From: an uncultured Verrucomicrobiales bacterium
GTDB taxonomy: Bacteria; Verrucomicrobiota; Verrucomicrobiia; Verrucomicrobiales; Akkermansiaceae
NCBI GenBank assembly: GCA_947039485.1
Contig: CAMQZC010000009.1
Span: forward strand, 10,974-74,973
DNA: 64,000 nt
Direction of reading: 5' to 3'
In this document: piece by piece, positions 17,467-27,500 of the stretch
Layout of the letters: every line of letters begins with the position of its first letter
Numbering within the stretch: the stretch's first letter is position 1
Program-made: the position numbers and the translations under genes
The notes under the pieces: model-generated
The model's input: the letters and a program-made list of their open reading frames with translations, nothing else
What the model was told of the DNA's origin: nothing
Databases searched by the model: none

Positions 17467-19856
17467 GATAAGTGCAGCTCTAAGGTGAATCCATTAGTAT
17501 AATTTGTAACAAGGACTTTCCCGTCTAATTTTTTCACAGTTTTTTCAACTTGATATAAACCCAGACCAGACCCCCTTGTTGTTGTCTCACCTTTTTCAAA
17601 AATCAAGTCAATACAATTTACATATCGCTCATTACTCACCCCATGCCCATCATCAGCGAATACAAACACCACACCGTCATTCTCTAGTCTATTCGAAATA
17701 GTTATATTACTTGCTTTGGCCTTCTTTGAATTTTCAATAATATTCTCCACCATCATCATGATTTCTAATGGAATGAAATCTATATTGATTGATAATCTGG
17801 TATCAATTTTATTGATTATCGAAATTCTTTTATTATATGTTAAATTTTTAATTTCAGCTATATATGCATCGATAAAGGTTCCAAGCTCACCGTTTATACG
17901 GTTTTGTTTATCAGTAAAATTATATAACGTAGCAAATTTCGCTATATTATAATTCTTCTGATTTGCCTCGCTAATAATCACAAGTAAATCTCGTATTTTA
18001 TCAGATATTTCGAGATCTTGTAGTGACCTAATAATACAAGTTTTGATTGTAGAATTATTAACTAATATCGAATGCATCGAAATTAGTAAATCGTCTATAT
18101 CCTGATTGGCGGTTTTCTTTAAAAAAGAATTAATACTATTAAGTTGCGCAACAGACCTCTCAGTTTCTTGAAGTTTTTTACTTTTCTTCTTTTCCGATTT
18201 TTCGGCGATCAATCGCTTATGGTCAGATTCCTGCTTAGCTTTTAATGCGTTCTCTGTCCTGTCTCGTTCTTTATTTATAATCTCAGCAACAGTACTCATT
18301 TCAGAATTTGTTAATTCCGATAAAGATTTACTACCTATTTTTTGAGAAAAATCATTTAAATAATCTCTATGTTTTTGATTAGCAACTTCTGAGATGTTTT
18401 TAATTGCATCAACGTTTAAATGAATTGTTTTAATCGACCAGTTAGATTTTAGTAACCTTTCTACAGTAATTTTTACTTTTTCGGACGAAATTTCTTTCAT
18501 CTTATACCTATCTGGATACTTTAACAAATCCTTTTCTGATATGACCTTTTTCGAATCAGGATCAATTAAATTCACAAACTTATTCCATTCTAGCGCTTCT
18601 ACTACGAATGTCTCTAACTGCCTTATAATATTTTCAATATAACCATAACTTTGATTTCTCTCACTTGCATGGCTAGCTTCTATACTAGCTTTATATTCTT
18701 TATCATGAGCAATTAACTCTCTAAATGCTGTATTATTAGCTAAGCCCTCGCGGTTTGACAAGACCTCGAAAACATCACCTTTATCGATAATGTCAACTCG
18801 ACCAAAAAGCTCGCGCGTACCCAGATAACGGGAACGACCTTGAGCCTTTCTTTGATCCCTACCCAACCAGTCATTATGGGGGTTTCCGTAAGGTGAGATT
18901 CTGAAGTTATTATAAAAAAGAAAAATAGAACCGTACTCAATAGCCCTGACTCCGATCGTTTTTGTAAAGTATGCCCTCGCAATAATATCCAAGTAGTGTA
19001 TCTCTGTTTTTACATTCTTCAGATTAGGGTATGGGTTCTTTACTTTGTACCTGTAAATTTCTGTACCTTGATAGAACAAAGAGGTATTTATATATGCTCC
19101 ATTTCCATCAATTGATGACTTTATATAAGTTGTTTTAAATGCTACTTTATCTAATATATTGTTATTAATTCGAGCGTTTAATTTTTTAATTAAATTTTTA
19201 TCTGTGTTATTAGAAAAAATTGTAATTGAAAATGTATCCTCTAAACTAGGTGAGAACTTTTCAAGCTCTGAAATTAACTGTTTTAGTTTATTTGTATCCC
19301 ACGCTTCTCTCAAGCGGTCAATTACAAGAACAGAACCAGTTGTCTTGAACGGAGAAACCTGATAAGAAGAAAGCTCAGCAATAAAATCACTTTCACTAAG
19401 CTCCACAAAATCCACCTGAATATCTTTCACCTCTTCATCAATTGCTCTATTTTCAAAAGAAGACCAATCAATGATTAATTTACAATAGTCGCCATTTGAT
19501 GATTTGGTATAGAGTGTAAGTGTAGCTCCAAGCCTATCACAGCTGAATCGTCCAACACCCTTATTTCCGGCATAAACCGTACCATCCTTGTTATTTAATT
19601 TCTCAGAATAAGCTATATTGAGCCATTTATTAACAATATCATCATAACACATGCCTTTACCGTTATCCGATATAATGATTTTCCCCTTAACAAGGTCATT
19701 CTCATCGATAAAGCGGATATTAGTATTGGTGGCAGCGGCATCCTTTGAATTTTTGATCAGCTCGATGATAGCTACATTATCACTATAAATTAGCTGCTTT
19801 CCTATAATGTTTTTAATAGAAGCGTTGACTTTAAATGCTAATTTCTTTTCATTCAT
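17463..19856 (-). CDS. 797-aa dual GHKL ATPase: N-terminal MORC/Hsp90/MutL-like module, coiled coil, C-terminal histidine-kinase-like transmitter
   Basis: N-terminal Bergerat fold: N box IELIKNSKDA (E32, N36, D39), G1 SDNGKGM, G2 GNKGVGRFS. Charged coiled coil at about aa 530-570. Candidate H box LISMH595SILVNN. C-terminal HATPase_c: N box VENIIENSKKA (N709), G1 ADDGHGV, G2 RGSGLGLYQV. No TM segments. Confidence 0.7.
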   Translation of the reverse strand: MNEKKLAFKVNASIKNIIGKQLIYSDNVAIIELIKNSKDAAATNTNIRFIDENDLVKGKIIISDNGKGMCYDDIVNKWLNIAYSEKLNNKDGTVYAGNKGVGRFSCDRLGATLTLYTKSSNGDYCKLIIDWSSFENRAIDEEVKDIQVDFVELSESDFIAELSSYQVSPFKTTGSVLVIDRLREAWDTNKLKQLISELEKFSPSLEDTFSITIFSNNTDKNLIKKLNARINNNILDKVAFKTTYIKSSIDGNGAYINTSLFYQGTEIYRYKVKNPYPNLKNVKTEIHYLDIIARAYFTKTIGVRAIEYGSIFLFYNNFRISPYGNPHNDWLGRDQRKAQGRSRYLGTRELFGRVDIIDKGDVFEVLSNREGLANNTAFRELIAHDKEYKASIEASHASERNQSYGYIENIIRQLETFVVEALEWNKFVNLIDPDSKKVISEKDLLKYPDRYKMKEISSEKVKITVERLLKSNWSIKTIHLNVDAIKNISEVANQKHRDYLNDFSQKIGSKSLSELTNSEMSTVAEIINKERDRTENALKAKQESDHKRLIAEKSEKKKSKKLQETERSVAQLNSINSFLKKTANQDIDDLLISMHSILVNNSTIKTCIIRSLQDLEISDKIRDLLVIISEANQKNYNIAKFATLYNFTDKQNRINGELGTFIDAYIAEIKNLTYNKRISIINKIDTRLSINIDFIPLEIMMMVENIIENSKKAKASNITISNRLENDGVVFVFADDGHGVSNERYVNCIDLIFEKGETTTRGSGLGLYQVEKTVKKLDGKVLVTNYTNGFTLELHLS

Positions 19857-19882
19857 GACGAATATTTCATATAGTTGTTCAA

Positions 19883-21097
19883 TTAGAGTAGTACCTTTAA
19901 AGCTAGACCTCCTTGCTCGGAGAACAATGGTGGGATAGCGTTGCCAATTTGGGTGTATCGAGGAACTTCCGATTTCCTAAGTATACCGCCTGTCGTATAT
20001 TTCCCCTTAAATTCAAAGCAATCAGGAAAGCCTTGTAACCTAGCATATTCTCGAACGGTTAAGATGCGTGGCTCGCAATAATGAATGAGATCATCAGGGT
20101 TTGTCGTTAGTGTTGGAGCTTGGCATTTACCCGAAAGAGGTACCAGCACCTGTTTCTTAATACCCAATTCCAGTTTAATCGCATTTGACAATTTAGCTCC
20201 GCCAATATCTCTTCGTTGAATCAGCTCAAACCTTTCTTTAATGCGTTCGGTATGCCTAGCAAAGCTATGACTATCAGGTATAGTCTCCTTATAACCTTTC
20301 CTAAGATAGCGCTGTAGAGCGGTCTGTGCTTTGTTATAGAGGCCACTTGAAAACGATTTCCTATCAGGGGTCTGTACGAGATTTGTAATCAGTAGATCTG
20401 ATATAGCATCAGAGACCGTAGGAGATACAGCAAGTTTGCGCTGCTGAAGAAACCCCTCCTTAATCTGATCTAAATTCTCAAAGAATTGATCCACTTTCTG
20501 CTGAGATGCACCTTCAGCCTCTCTATGCATACCCACAAGGATAAACCTAGTGCGCTTTTGAGGAACGCCATACTCACCGAAATTAATCAGTTTAGCGCAT
20601 ACGTAGTATCCAATTTTCTCAAGCTCGCTAATAGCAATATTAGAATATGCGCCCCCACCCTCCTGGTTATTTTTAAATTGCAGGGTAAAGCCTTTTACGT
20701 TCTCAAAAAAGACCAATTTAGGCTGCACCAAAGAAACAAACTGCACATAACTACGAAAGAGCTGATTTCGCACATCAGATTCCATACGCCTCCCTGCAAT
20801 AGAGAAGCCCTGACATGGGGGACCACCAGCGACTAAATCAATGGTTCCTTTCAACGATTTCAAGTCTTCTTCATGATCTCTAATAACATCAAGAATATCG
20901 TGATTCGTTTTAGGGAGCCATTCGGGCCAATCGAAATGATCAAGGCGGTTGCAAAGGTTATGCTCTAAGGTCTCAAAAGCATGAGGGCTTTTCTCAACAG
21001 CAAATACACCCTGCCATCCAGCCTGGCATAAACCCAATGATAGCCCTCCGCAACCAGCAAATATATCAATTACTCTCGGCTTGGGAATCTCATTCAT
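19883..21097 (-). CDS. DNA cytosine-5 methyltransferase (first gene of the AT-rich operon)
   Basis: Motif I VIDIFAGCGGLSLGL, motif IV GGPPCQGFSIAGRR, motif VI FFENVKGF, motif VIII PQKRTRFILVG, REYARLQGFPD, motif X QIGNAIPP. Confidence 0.92.
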   Translation of the reverse strand: MNEIPKPRVIDIFAGCGGLSLGLCQAGWQGVFAVEKSPHAFETLEHNLCNRLDHFDWPEWLPKTNHDILDVIRDHEEDLKSLKGTIDLVAGGPPCQGFSIAGRRMESDVRNQLFRSYVQFVSLVQPKLVFFENVKGFTLQFKNNQEGGGAYSNIAISELEKIGYYVCAKLINFGEYGVPQKRTRFILVGMHREAEGASQQKVDQFFENLDQIKEGFLQQRKLAVSPTVSDAISDLLITNLVQTPDRKSFSSGLYNKAQTALQRYLRKGYKETIPDSHSFARHTERIKERFELIQRRDIGGAKLSNAIKLELGIKKQVLVPLSGKCQAPTLTTNPDDLIHYCEPRILTVREYARLQGFPDCFEFKGKYTTGGILRKSEVPRYTQIGNAIPPLFSEQGGLALKVLL

Positions 21098-21511
21098 AAT
21101 AGGCTATTTCTCTCAGCATGCGCACATTGGCTACTAGCATCGGCATATAATATACACTATTCCAAAGCTAAATCAAGGTGAAACTTCAGAATCATTTCCA
21201 TGCTCAGCGTTTATAAAAAAATCAATTATAGTTCATTGCGGTTATCACGCACAAAGCAGGCCGACCTTTAGATGCTTGCGAAAAAATAGAGGAAAAGCAA
21301 GCCTAGAGCGAGGCGTTGATCTATTGCGGGGTGAGTCCTGCCTGTGTGGAATATCGCGCGTGCTCCTATCGCTTTGCGGTATTGTGCGCGAGAGTATGGC
21401 GGCGACTTGTCATGATGGGGCTGTGGAGCTCAACTATCTCTTCAATTATATTTTGCGGGGGGGCGAATTTATGATTCGACAAAATTAACACACCTAGTGT
21501 AAAATTGATGC

Positions 21512-24500
21512 ATGGGCATAGTAGAGACAGCTGTAAAAATTGATTTTTTATCTTGGGATGATAGGGCTTGTGTTTTGGTGGCTAAGCGTTTGCTTGGTCT
21601 CGGAAATACCAATGCAGATTCTGATGCTGATGCGCCTGTGGTGGTGGTGACGCCGACTCGTGAGGCGGCGCGCTTGCTGCGCGAGCAGTTGGCGATTTTG
21701 GCGCCTCAGGCGGCTTTCTTGAGTCCGCGTATTATTCCGCTTTCGCAGCTTGAGATGCGCGATTCTCGCTGTGTTGGCTCGGGGGCGGAGTTGCTTCTTT
21801 GGCATCAGTGGCTCGCGGAGAGGGCTAAGGAGCTGGGGAATCTCTATCCTCATGGCTGGGAGTTTAAGTCTGAGAATTGGCTGCGTGAGGCGAAGCAGAC
21901 GGTTGATTTGCTCCATCGTCTGGCTAAGGAGGGGCTGGATGCTCATTCTGAGGGCTGGGCGCTGCTGGCGGAGTCTGATTCTCGCTGGGCTGAGTTGCGC
22001 GAGTTGCAGTTGCTCTGTCGTGAGCGTGTGCATGCGATGGGGCTATTGGATGCTACGGAGGCGCTGCGCTGCAGTGTGCCTGCTGGCTCGCGGATTATTC
22101 TTGCTTGTGTGCCTCAGCTGCCGCGCTCGCTGACGCTGATGTTGGAGGGCGCTGCTTGCTCTATTGATATTTGGGTGCATGCGCCTGCTAGCTATGCTAG
22201 TCGTTTTGATGCTTGGGGCTCTCCGACGGATGCGTGGCTCTCGCCATGCTCGGCTGAGGAGCTGGGGCTGGATCGTGATGACTGGCGTGAGCATTATTCT
22301 CAGGCTGCGGATTTGTGGCGGATGGCGGAGATGTCTTGCGCTCGCGCTGCGGCAATCAATGCGGTGAATCCTGTGCCTCATCAGCTGGCGCTGGCTATCT
22401 GTGATGCGGAGATGGAGCCTTGCATTGAGGAGGAGCTCTCGCATCATGGTGCGACGGTTTATTGTCCTCGCGGTTTGTCTTTTGTGAGCAGTTCTTGGCA
22501 TAAGTTGCTGCGTGAGTTGCTCTCGGTGATTGATGCTTTGGCTCTCTCTGGGCTGTCGCCTCAATCAGATGCGGCTCATTTCCCTGCTCCGGTGTTGATT
22601 CGCTTGATGAAGTGGCCTGCGATGCAGCGTTTCTTGCAGGCTGGGGGCGATGCTGGGACGTTACGGGATGTTGCCACGATGCTGGATGAGCTGCAGTTTA
22701 GCAATATTCCGGTGTTTGAGTCGAGTTTGCGGCTTTATCTCTCAAGGATGAAGGGGGGGGCTCTTTGTGCTAATCTGCTCAAGCGTCTTGTCAATGAGTT
22801 GCAGCAGGCTTTGCAAGGGCCTGTGCAATTGCTGCGTTGCTTGGAGCGTTGGATATTGGCGAGTGGGTCACAGGATGCTCAGCAGGCAAAGCTAGATGCG
22901 TTTTTCCTCCAGCAGGTTCAGCAGCTTATTCCTGTGCTCTCAGAGGGGGGATTCTCCTACGGTTGCCGCGATGTCTTGATTTTGCTCCAATTGATTTGTG
23001 AGTCTCACATGACGCCTGGGCTGCGCGATAGCGAGAGCTTGGACTTGCTGGGCTGGATGGAGCTCAGCTACAGCCCTGCGCGTGAGCTGGTGATTATTGG
23101 GATGCATAATGGTATTATTCCTGAGAATTGCTCGACGAGCGCTCTGCTGACTATCGCGACGATGAGTCAGCTAGACTTGCCCTCGGATGAGCAACGGGCA
23201 GCGCGTGATGCTTATTTGCTGCGCAGTATGATTGCGGGGCGCGGGATTGAGCGCTGTTATTTCTATTTTTCTCTCTTTGATGGGAAGCAGAATCCGCTCT
23301 CGCCTTCTTCTCTCTTGTTTAGGCTTTGCCCTGATTCACATTTGGCTAGCTTTGCCTCACATTTCTTTGATAATCAGGATAAGTTGCCTCGCAGCGCTGT
23401 CTTAAAGTCTGATGAGAGTGGCTGGCGACTCAAGTCGATTGGGCTGGGCGCTGGGGCTCAACTTGAGCTCAGCGAGCTTGCACAGCTGAGCTGTGAGCAG
23501 CTGGGGATTGAGAATCCTATGGCTGGGCGGCATTTCTCGCCTTCTTCTCTGCGTGAGTTCTTGCAGTGTCCGCTGCGATTCTGGCTGAGCAAGATTCATA
23601 GGCTGGATTCTAATGCTGTGGAGGAGGATAAGCAGAATCTTAATTCGCAGGAGTTGGGGAGTTTCCTACATACTGTGTTGGAGCAGTTCATCCGTCTCTA
23701 TCCGAGTCAAGCGGCGATTGTTACGGCGAGCAAGGAGGGGCTGATGGAGGAGGAGTTGCGCCGTCTCTTTGATGAGAGCTATGAGCGCGACTATGGCAAG
23801 AAGGCCTTGCTGCCTCAGCAGATTCAGCGTGAGGGGATGCTCAAGCGTCTGCTCGCCTATCTCTCCCTGCACCGCGAGCTCTGGCAGGATGGCTGGGAGT
23901 GTGCGACGGATCAGCAGGGTCAGTTGATGCTAGAGTATCAGGCAAGCTGGACGCTGGGCAAGCATACGCTAAAGATAATTATCGACCGTGTCGATCAGCG
24001 TCGGCGTGAGGATGGCTCCTATGAGTACCGCGTGTTGGACTACAAGACGGGTAATGTGGAGAGCTGCAGCAAGGAGCATCTCTGCGCGGTGAAGGATGTG
24101 GAGTTGATGGCGGGTTGTTTTGTCGATAAACTGCACCCTGTTTATATGCCCTTTGGCGTGAGTAAGGATAAGGCCTGCCGCTGGAAGAATCTACAGCTGC
24201 CTCTCTATGCGGCTTGGCTACGCGATCACTTTGCAAAGTCTACGATCAGTGTGGGCTACATCCATCTGGCGCGCAATTCTGAGGATGTGAAGCTGATGCT
24301 TTGGGAGTCGCCTGATGAGAAGCAGCCGCTCTTTGACCCGCTGGAGTCCGAGCTAAATGCGCCCGATACTGAGACGCTCATGGATAGTGCCCTCGCCTGT
24401 GCGCAGGACTGCATGGATCTGGTGAGTGAGGGTCGTTGCTTCGTCTCTGCGGAGCAGTTGAACTGGCCTATTGCACGAGATTACATCTTTAATGACCTCA

Positions 24501-24550
24501 TTGCCTTACAAGCTATTGACAAACTTTTTACCAACACAACATCTGTATGA
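21512..24550 (+). CDS. addB: AddB/RexB-like helicase-nuclease subunit (PD-(D/E)XK nuclease with probable Fe-S staple)
   Basis: 1012 aa. C-terminal RecB-type nuclease motifs IIIDRVDQ...YRVLDYKTG and LQLPLYAAWL. Four cysteines placed as in the AddB iron staple (FLQCPLRFW ... ALACAQDC...EGRC). Its stop overlaps the addA start (ATGA at 24547-24550). Confidence 0.8.
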   Translation: MGIVETAVKIDFLSWDDRACVLVAKRLLGLGNTNADSDADAPVVVVTPTREAARLLREQLAILAPQAAFLSPRIIPLSQLEMRDSRCVGSGAELLLWHQWLAERAKELGNLYPHGWEFKSENWLREAKQTVDLLHRLAKEGLDAHSEGWALLAESDSRWAELRELQLLCRERVHAMGLLDATEALRCSVPAGSRIILACVPQLPRSLTLMLEGAACSIDIWVHAPASYASRFDAWGSPTDAWLSPCSAEELGLDRDDWREHYSQAADLWRMAEMSCARAAAINAVNPVPHQLALAICDAEMEPCIEEELSHHGATVYCPRGLSFVSSSWHKLLRELLSVIDALALSGLSPQSDAAHFPAPVLIRLMKWPAMQRFLQAGGDAGTLRDVATMLDELQFSNIPVFESSLRLYLSRMKGGALCANLLKRLVNELQQALQGPVQLLRCLERWILASGSQDAQQAKLDAFFLQQVQQLIPVLSEGGFSYGCRDVLILLQLICESHMTPGLRDSESLDLLGWMELSYSPARELVIIGMHNGIIPENCSTSALLTIATMSQLDLPSDEQRAARDAYLLRSMIAGRGIERCYFYFSLFDGKQNPLSPSSLLFRLCPDSHLASFASHFFDNQDKLPRSAVLKSDESGWRLKSIGLGAGAQLELSELAQLSCEQLGIENPMAGRHFSPSSLREFLQCPLRFWLSKIHRLDSNAVEEDKQNLNSQELGSFLHTVLEQFIRLYPSQAAIVTASKEGLMEEELRRLFDESYERDYGKKALLPQQIQREGMLKRLLAYLSLHRELWQDGWECATDQQGQLMLEYQASWTLGKHTLKIIIDRVDQRRREDGSYEYRVLDYKTGNVESCSKEHLCAVKDVELMAGCFVDKLHPVYMPFGVSKDKACRWKNLQLPLYAAWLRDHFAKSTISVGYIHLARNSEDVKLMLWESPDEKQPLFDPLESELNAPDTETLMDSALACAQDCMDLVSEGRCFVSAEQLNWPIARDYIFNDLIALQAIDKLFTNTTSV

Positions 24551-27500
24551 GCAGCACTAATCATATGAAATCACAGGCAAATCCCTTTAATATGTATATT
24601 GCGGCCTCAGCTGGATCAGGCAAGACCTATCAGCTGGTGAATCGCTTTATCGGTCTGCTATGCATGCAGTACTTACGCGATCATAAAATTGAGGTAAAGA
24701 GGCTTATGGCTATTACCTTTACACGCAAGGCTGCGGCGGAGTTCAAATCGCGTATTCTATCGAGTCTGGCGCAGGCTTCGGCATCGCCTGAGGCGGCGGC
24801 GGAGTTTTGGGATGAGCGCGTTGATGTGACGCTGAGGCAGTTTGCTGCTAATTATCAGCGGCCCAATCATCCGCAGGCTATTTTCTTGTCTATTCTGCGT
24901 GATGTGATGGCGCAGTTTGGGCAGCTGCAACTCAGCACGATTGACAGTCTCTTGGAGCGCATGCTGCGAGGGCTTGAGCCAGAGCTGGGTATTAGCAATA
25001 TCAGGATTATGGATCCGATTGAGGAGACGATGTATCGCAGAAAAACGCTCAATGCGAGCTATCTCAAGAATCAGTCGCTGGAGGATATGAGTAATCTGGC
25101 TGATAGCTTTAGCGATAGTCAGAAATCGGATGGTGCCATGAGTTCCCCTGATCGGGCGTTGATGGAGCTCATCAAGGATCATCATAAAAACTACATCAAG
25201 TCACCTGATGCTCTCTGGGGTGGGCGATCTGCGGAGATGTCTGATGCTCAGCTGGCTGAGTTTGGGCTGAGCCGCGCGGATGTGACCTCCTGCCTCTCGG
25301 AGGATGCGCATCGGGAGATGATCGAGCGTCTGCGTGGGCTTCTTGCTCATGAGCAAGAGTTCTTCCCTGCGCCTACGGAGGTGAAGGAGCAGAAGAATTG
25401 CTACACTGTGGGTAATCACCCGATGGAGATTAACATGAGCAAGGTCAACCAGAAGAGCTATCGAAAGTATTTTACGACATTTGCGCATTCGCTCTGCCAG
25501 CTCAATGATGATTTGATGCTGCCAAAGAAGAATAAGTTCTACGTCAATCCCTCGTTGGCTGCTATGGAGAGCGAGTACTATCCTGCCTACTGGGATATCT
25601 GCCGCCAGAATGATGTTAATCTCAATGCGCTGTCTCAGTCACATGATGGCTGGCGATGGCAGCAGGTTCTGATGCGCACGCAGTCGATTGCGCATATTAT
25701 TGAGAGCTTCGAGCGTACTTATGAGCAGGAGGTGCGCCAATCGGGGACGATGGGCTTTGATGATATTGCTAATTTGATTCAAAACCGCGTGGAGGAGTTC
25801 TCACTGGCGAAGCTGCAGGAGCGTATTGATTTGAATATTGAGCACTGGATGCTTGATGAGTTCCAAGATACCTCGCATCAGCAGTATGCTATTTTGCTCA
25901 ATCTCCTGCATTCTCGCTCACAGCTGGGGGATGATGGCAGTGTCTTTATGGTGGGGGATACCAAGCAGAGTATCTACCAATTCCGCGGTGGTGATCCAGA
26001 GATTTTCATCAAGGCGCGTGATTTTCTCGTCGATGAGAGCGATCAGCTGGGCGAGGAGTCGTCGCAGTGTATGAGTTTGAATAAGTCTTATCGCTCGGCA
26101 CCCGAGGTGCTGGAGCTGAGCAACATGCTTTTTGGCGCGGATTGCTTTGCCAAGCTTGCGTCGCTGAGTCTGCCTGCCTCGCGCGAGCAGTGGGCTAAGT
26201 TTAACTACAAGGAGCATCTCAGCAACAGGCCCGATCTGCGGGGCTGTGCTGAGATATGGCAAATGCTGCCTGGGGGCAAGAACTTCGCTCTCCCAGAATA
26301 TGGGAGTGATGATATCCTCCTCCACGGCATTGCCGCCAAGCTGGCGCAGCTGCGCCCCAAGGACAGCGTCAATCCGCCTAGCTGCGCGATTCTCGTGAGG
26401 TCAAATAACAATGGCAAGAAGACGCAGGAGCGTCTGCTAGAGCTACAAGACATCTACGGTTTTGAGGGACCTATCATGCTCAATGCCAAGAAGCAGGTGG
26501 GGATGGATTCTCTGCTCGGTGTGGCTCTCATTGAGTTCTTCTGCTGGCTCAATACTCCGGGGGACAAGCATAGTCTCAAGCTGCTGCAGCTCTCGCCTCT
26601 CTGGCAGCGCATTGAGGAGCTCGGCGGTCTCAATAGCTGGGCTTCCCTGCGTGAGCTCTGGACGAATAAGGGCTGCTACGCGCTGTTGCTGCTGCTCTTT
26701 GATGGGGCTGAGTTCCTGCTTGTTACCAATGACTTTCTCCACCAGCGCAAGAAGATCTGGCTTGAGGAGGCCTCGCGCTTTGATGCTGTTGGGGGCAATC
26801 TCAGCGAGTGGATTACCCATATGCGCGAGCTGGTCAAGAATGAGCAGTCGCAGGGCAATGAGATTAGTATCATGACGATTCATCAGGCGAAGGGTCTGGA
26901 GTTTGACTTTGTATTTTTCCCTGTTTTCTCGCCATGCAAGGCCTTCACCGATTTGACCACGGCCAAGCTCTTGACTCGCAGAGATGCCGAGGGACAAGAT
27001 TTGTCGGTTATCCTGCGCCCATCCAAGGCGCTGCACGAGAGGTATCCCAACTTTGAGAAGTGTATGCTTGAGCCGCGATTTGTCAATGAGGAGCTGGGGG
27101 GCTACTGCCAGCTCTATGTCGCCATCACGCGTGCCAAGATGGCGAGCTACATCATGCTTCCTCCTCCGTCAAAGGATCCCAAGGAGGAGTCTTTTGCTAC
27201 TCTGCTACACAAACTCAGCGAGCAGCTGCCCGCTCCCAGTGATAAGGATGAGCTCCATCACCATGATGGCGAGACGCTGTTGGCTCAATGCACGCTACGC
27301 TTGGGTGATACCGAGTGGTACTTGCAGCGTAGGGAGCCGAGGGAGGCTGAGGAGCCTGCCGCGATGCTGGAGCCTGTGCTTGACTACCGCTTCCGCTCGC
27401 TGCCGCGCAGCACGCCCTCGGGGCTGGATCGCGACAGGCAGCAAGATGATGCGGCGCCGCTCATGCCTAGGCTCTACCCTCTGAGTGAGGGCAAGGGCGC

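Noticed and set aside
21276-21488. 70-aa ORF in the divergent region between the island MTase and addB.
   Set aside because: It uses a non-ATG start in the track, has no motif, and lies in the likely promoter region of addB. It is probably spurious.
21548-22564. R/Q/L-rich minus-strand ORFs (161 and 173 aa) antisense to addB, and similar ones antisense to addA (24757..25185, 25918..26325, 26443..27036, 27295..27924).
   Set aside because: They are a by-product of the G/T-ending codon style of addAB. They have no motifs and are highly repetitive in R/Q/L content.
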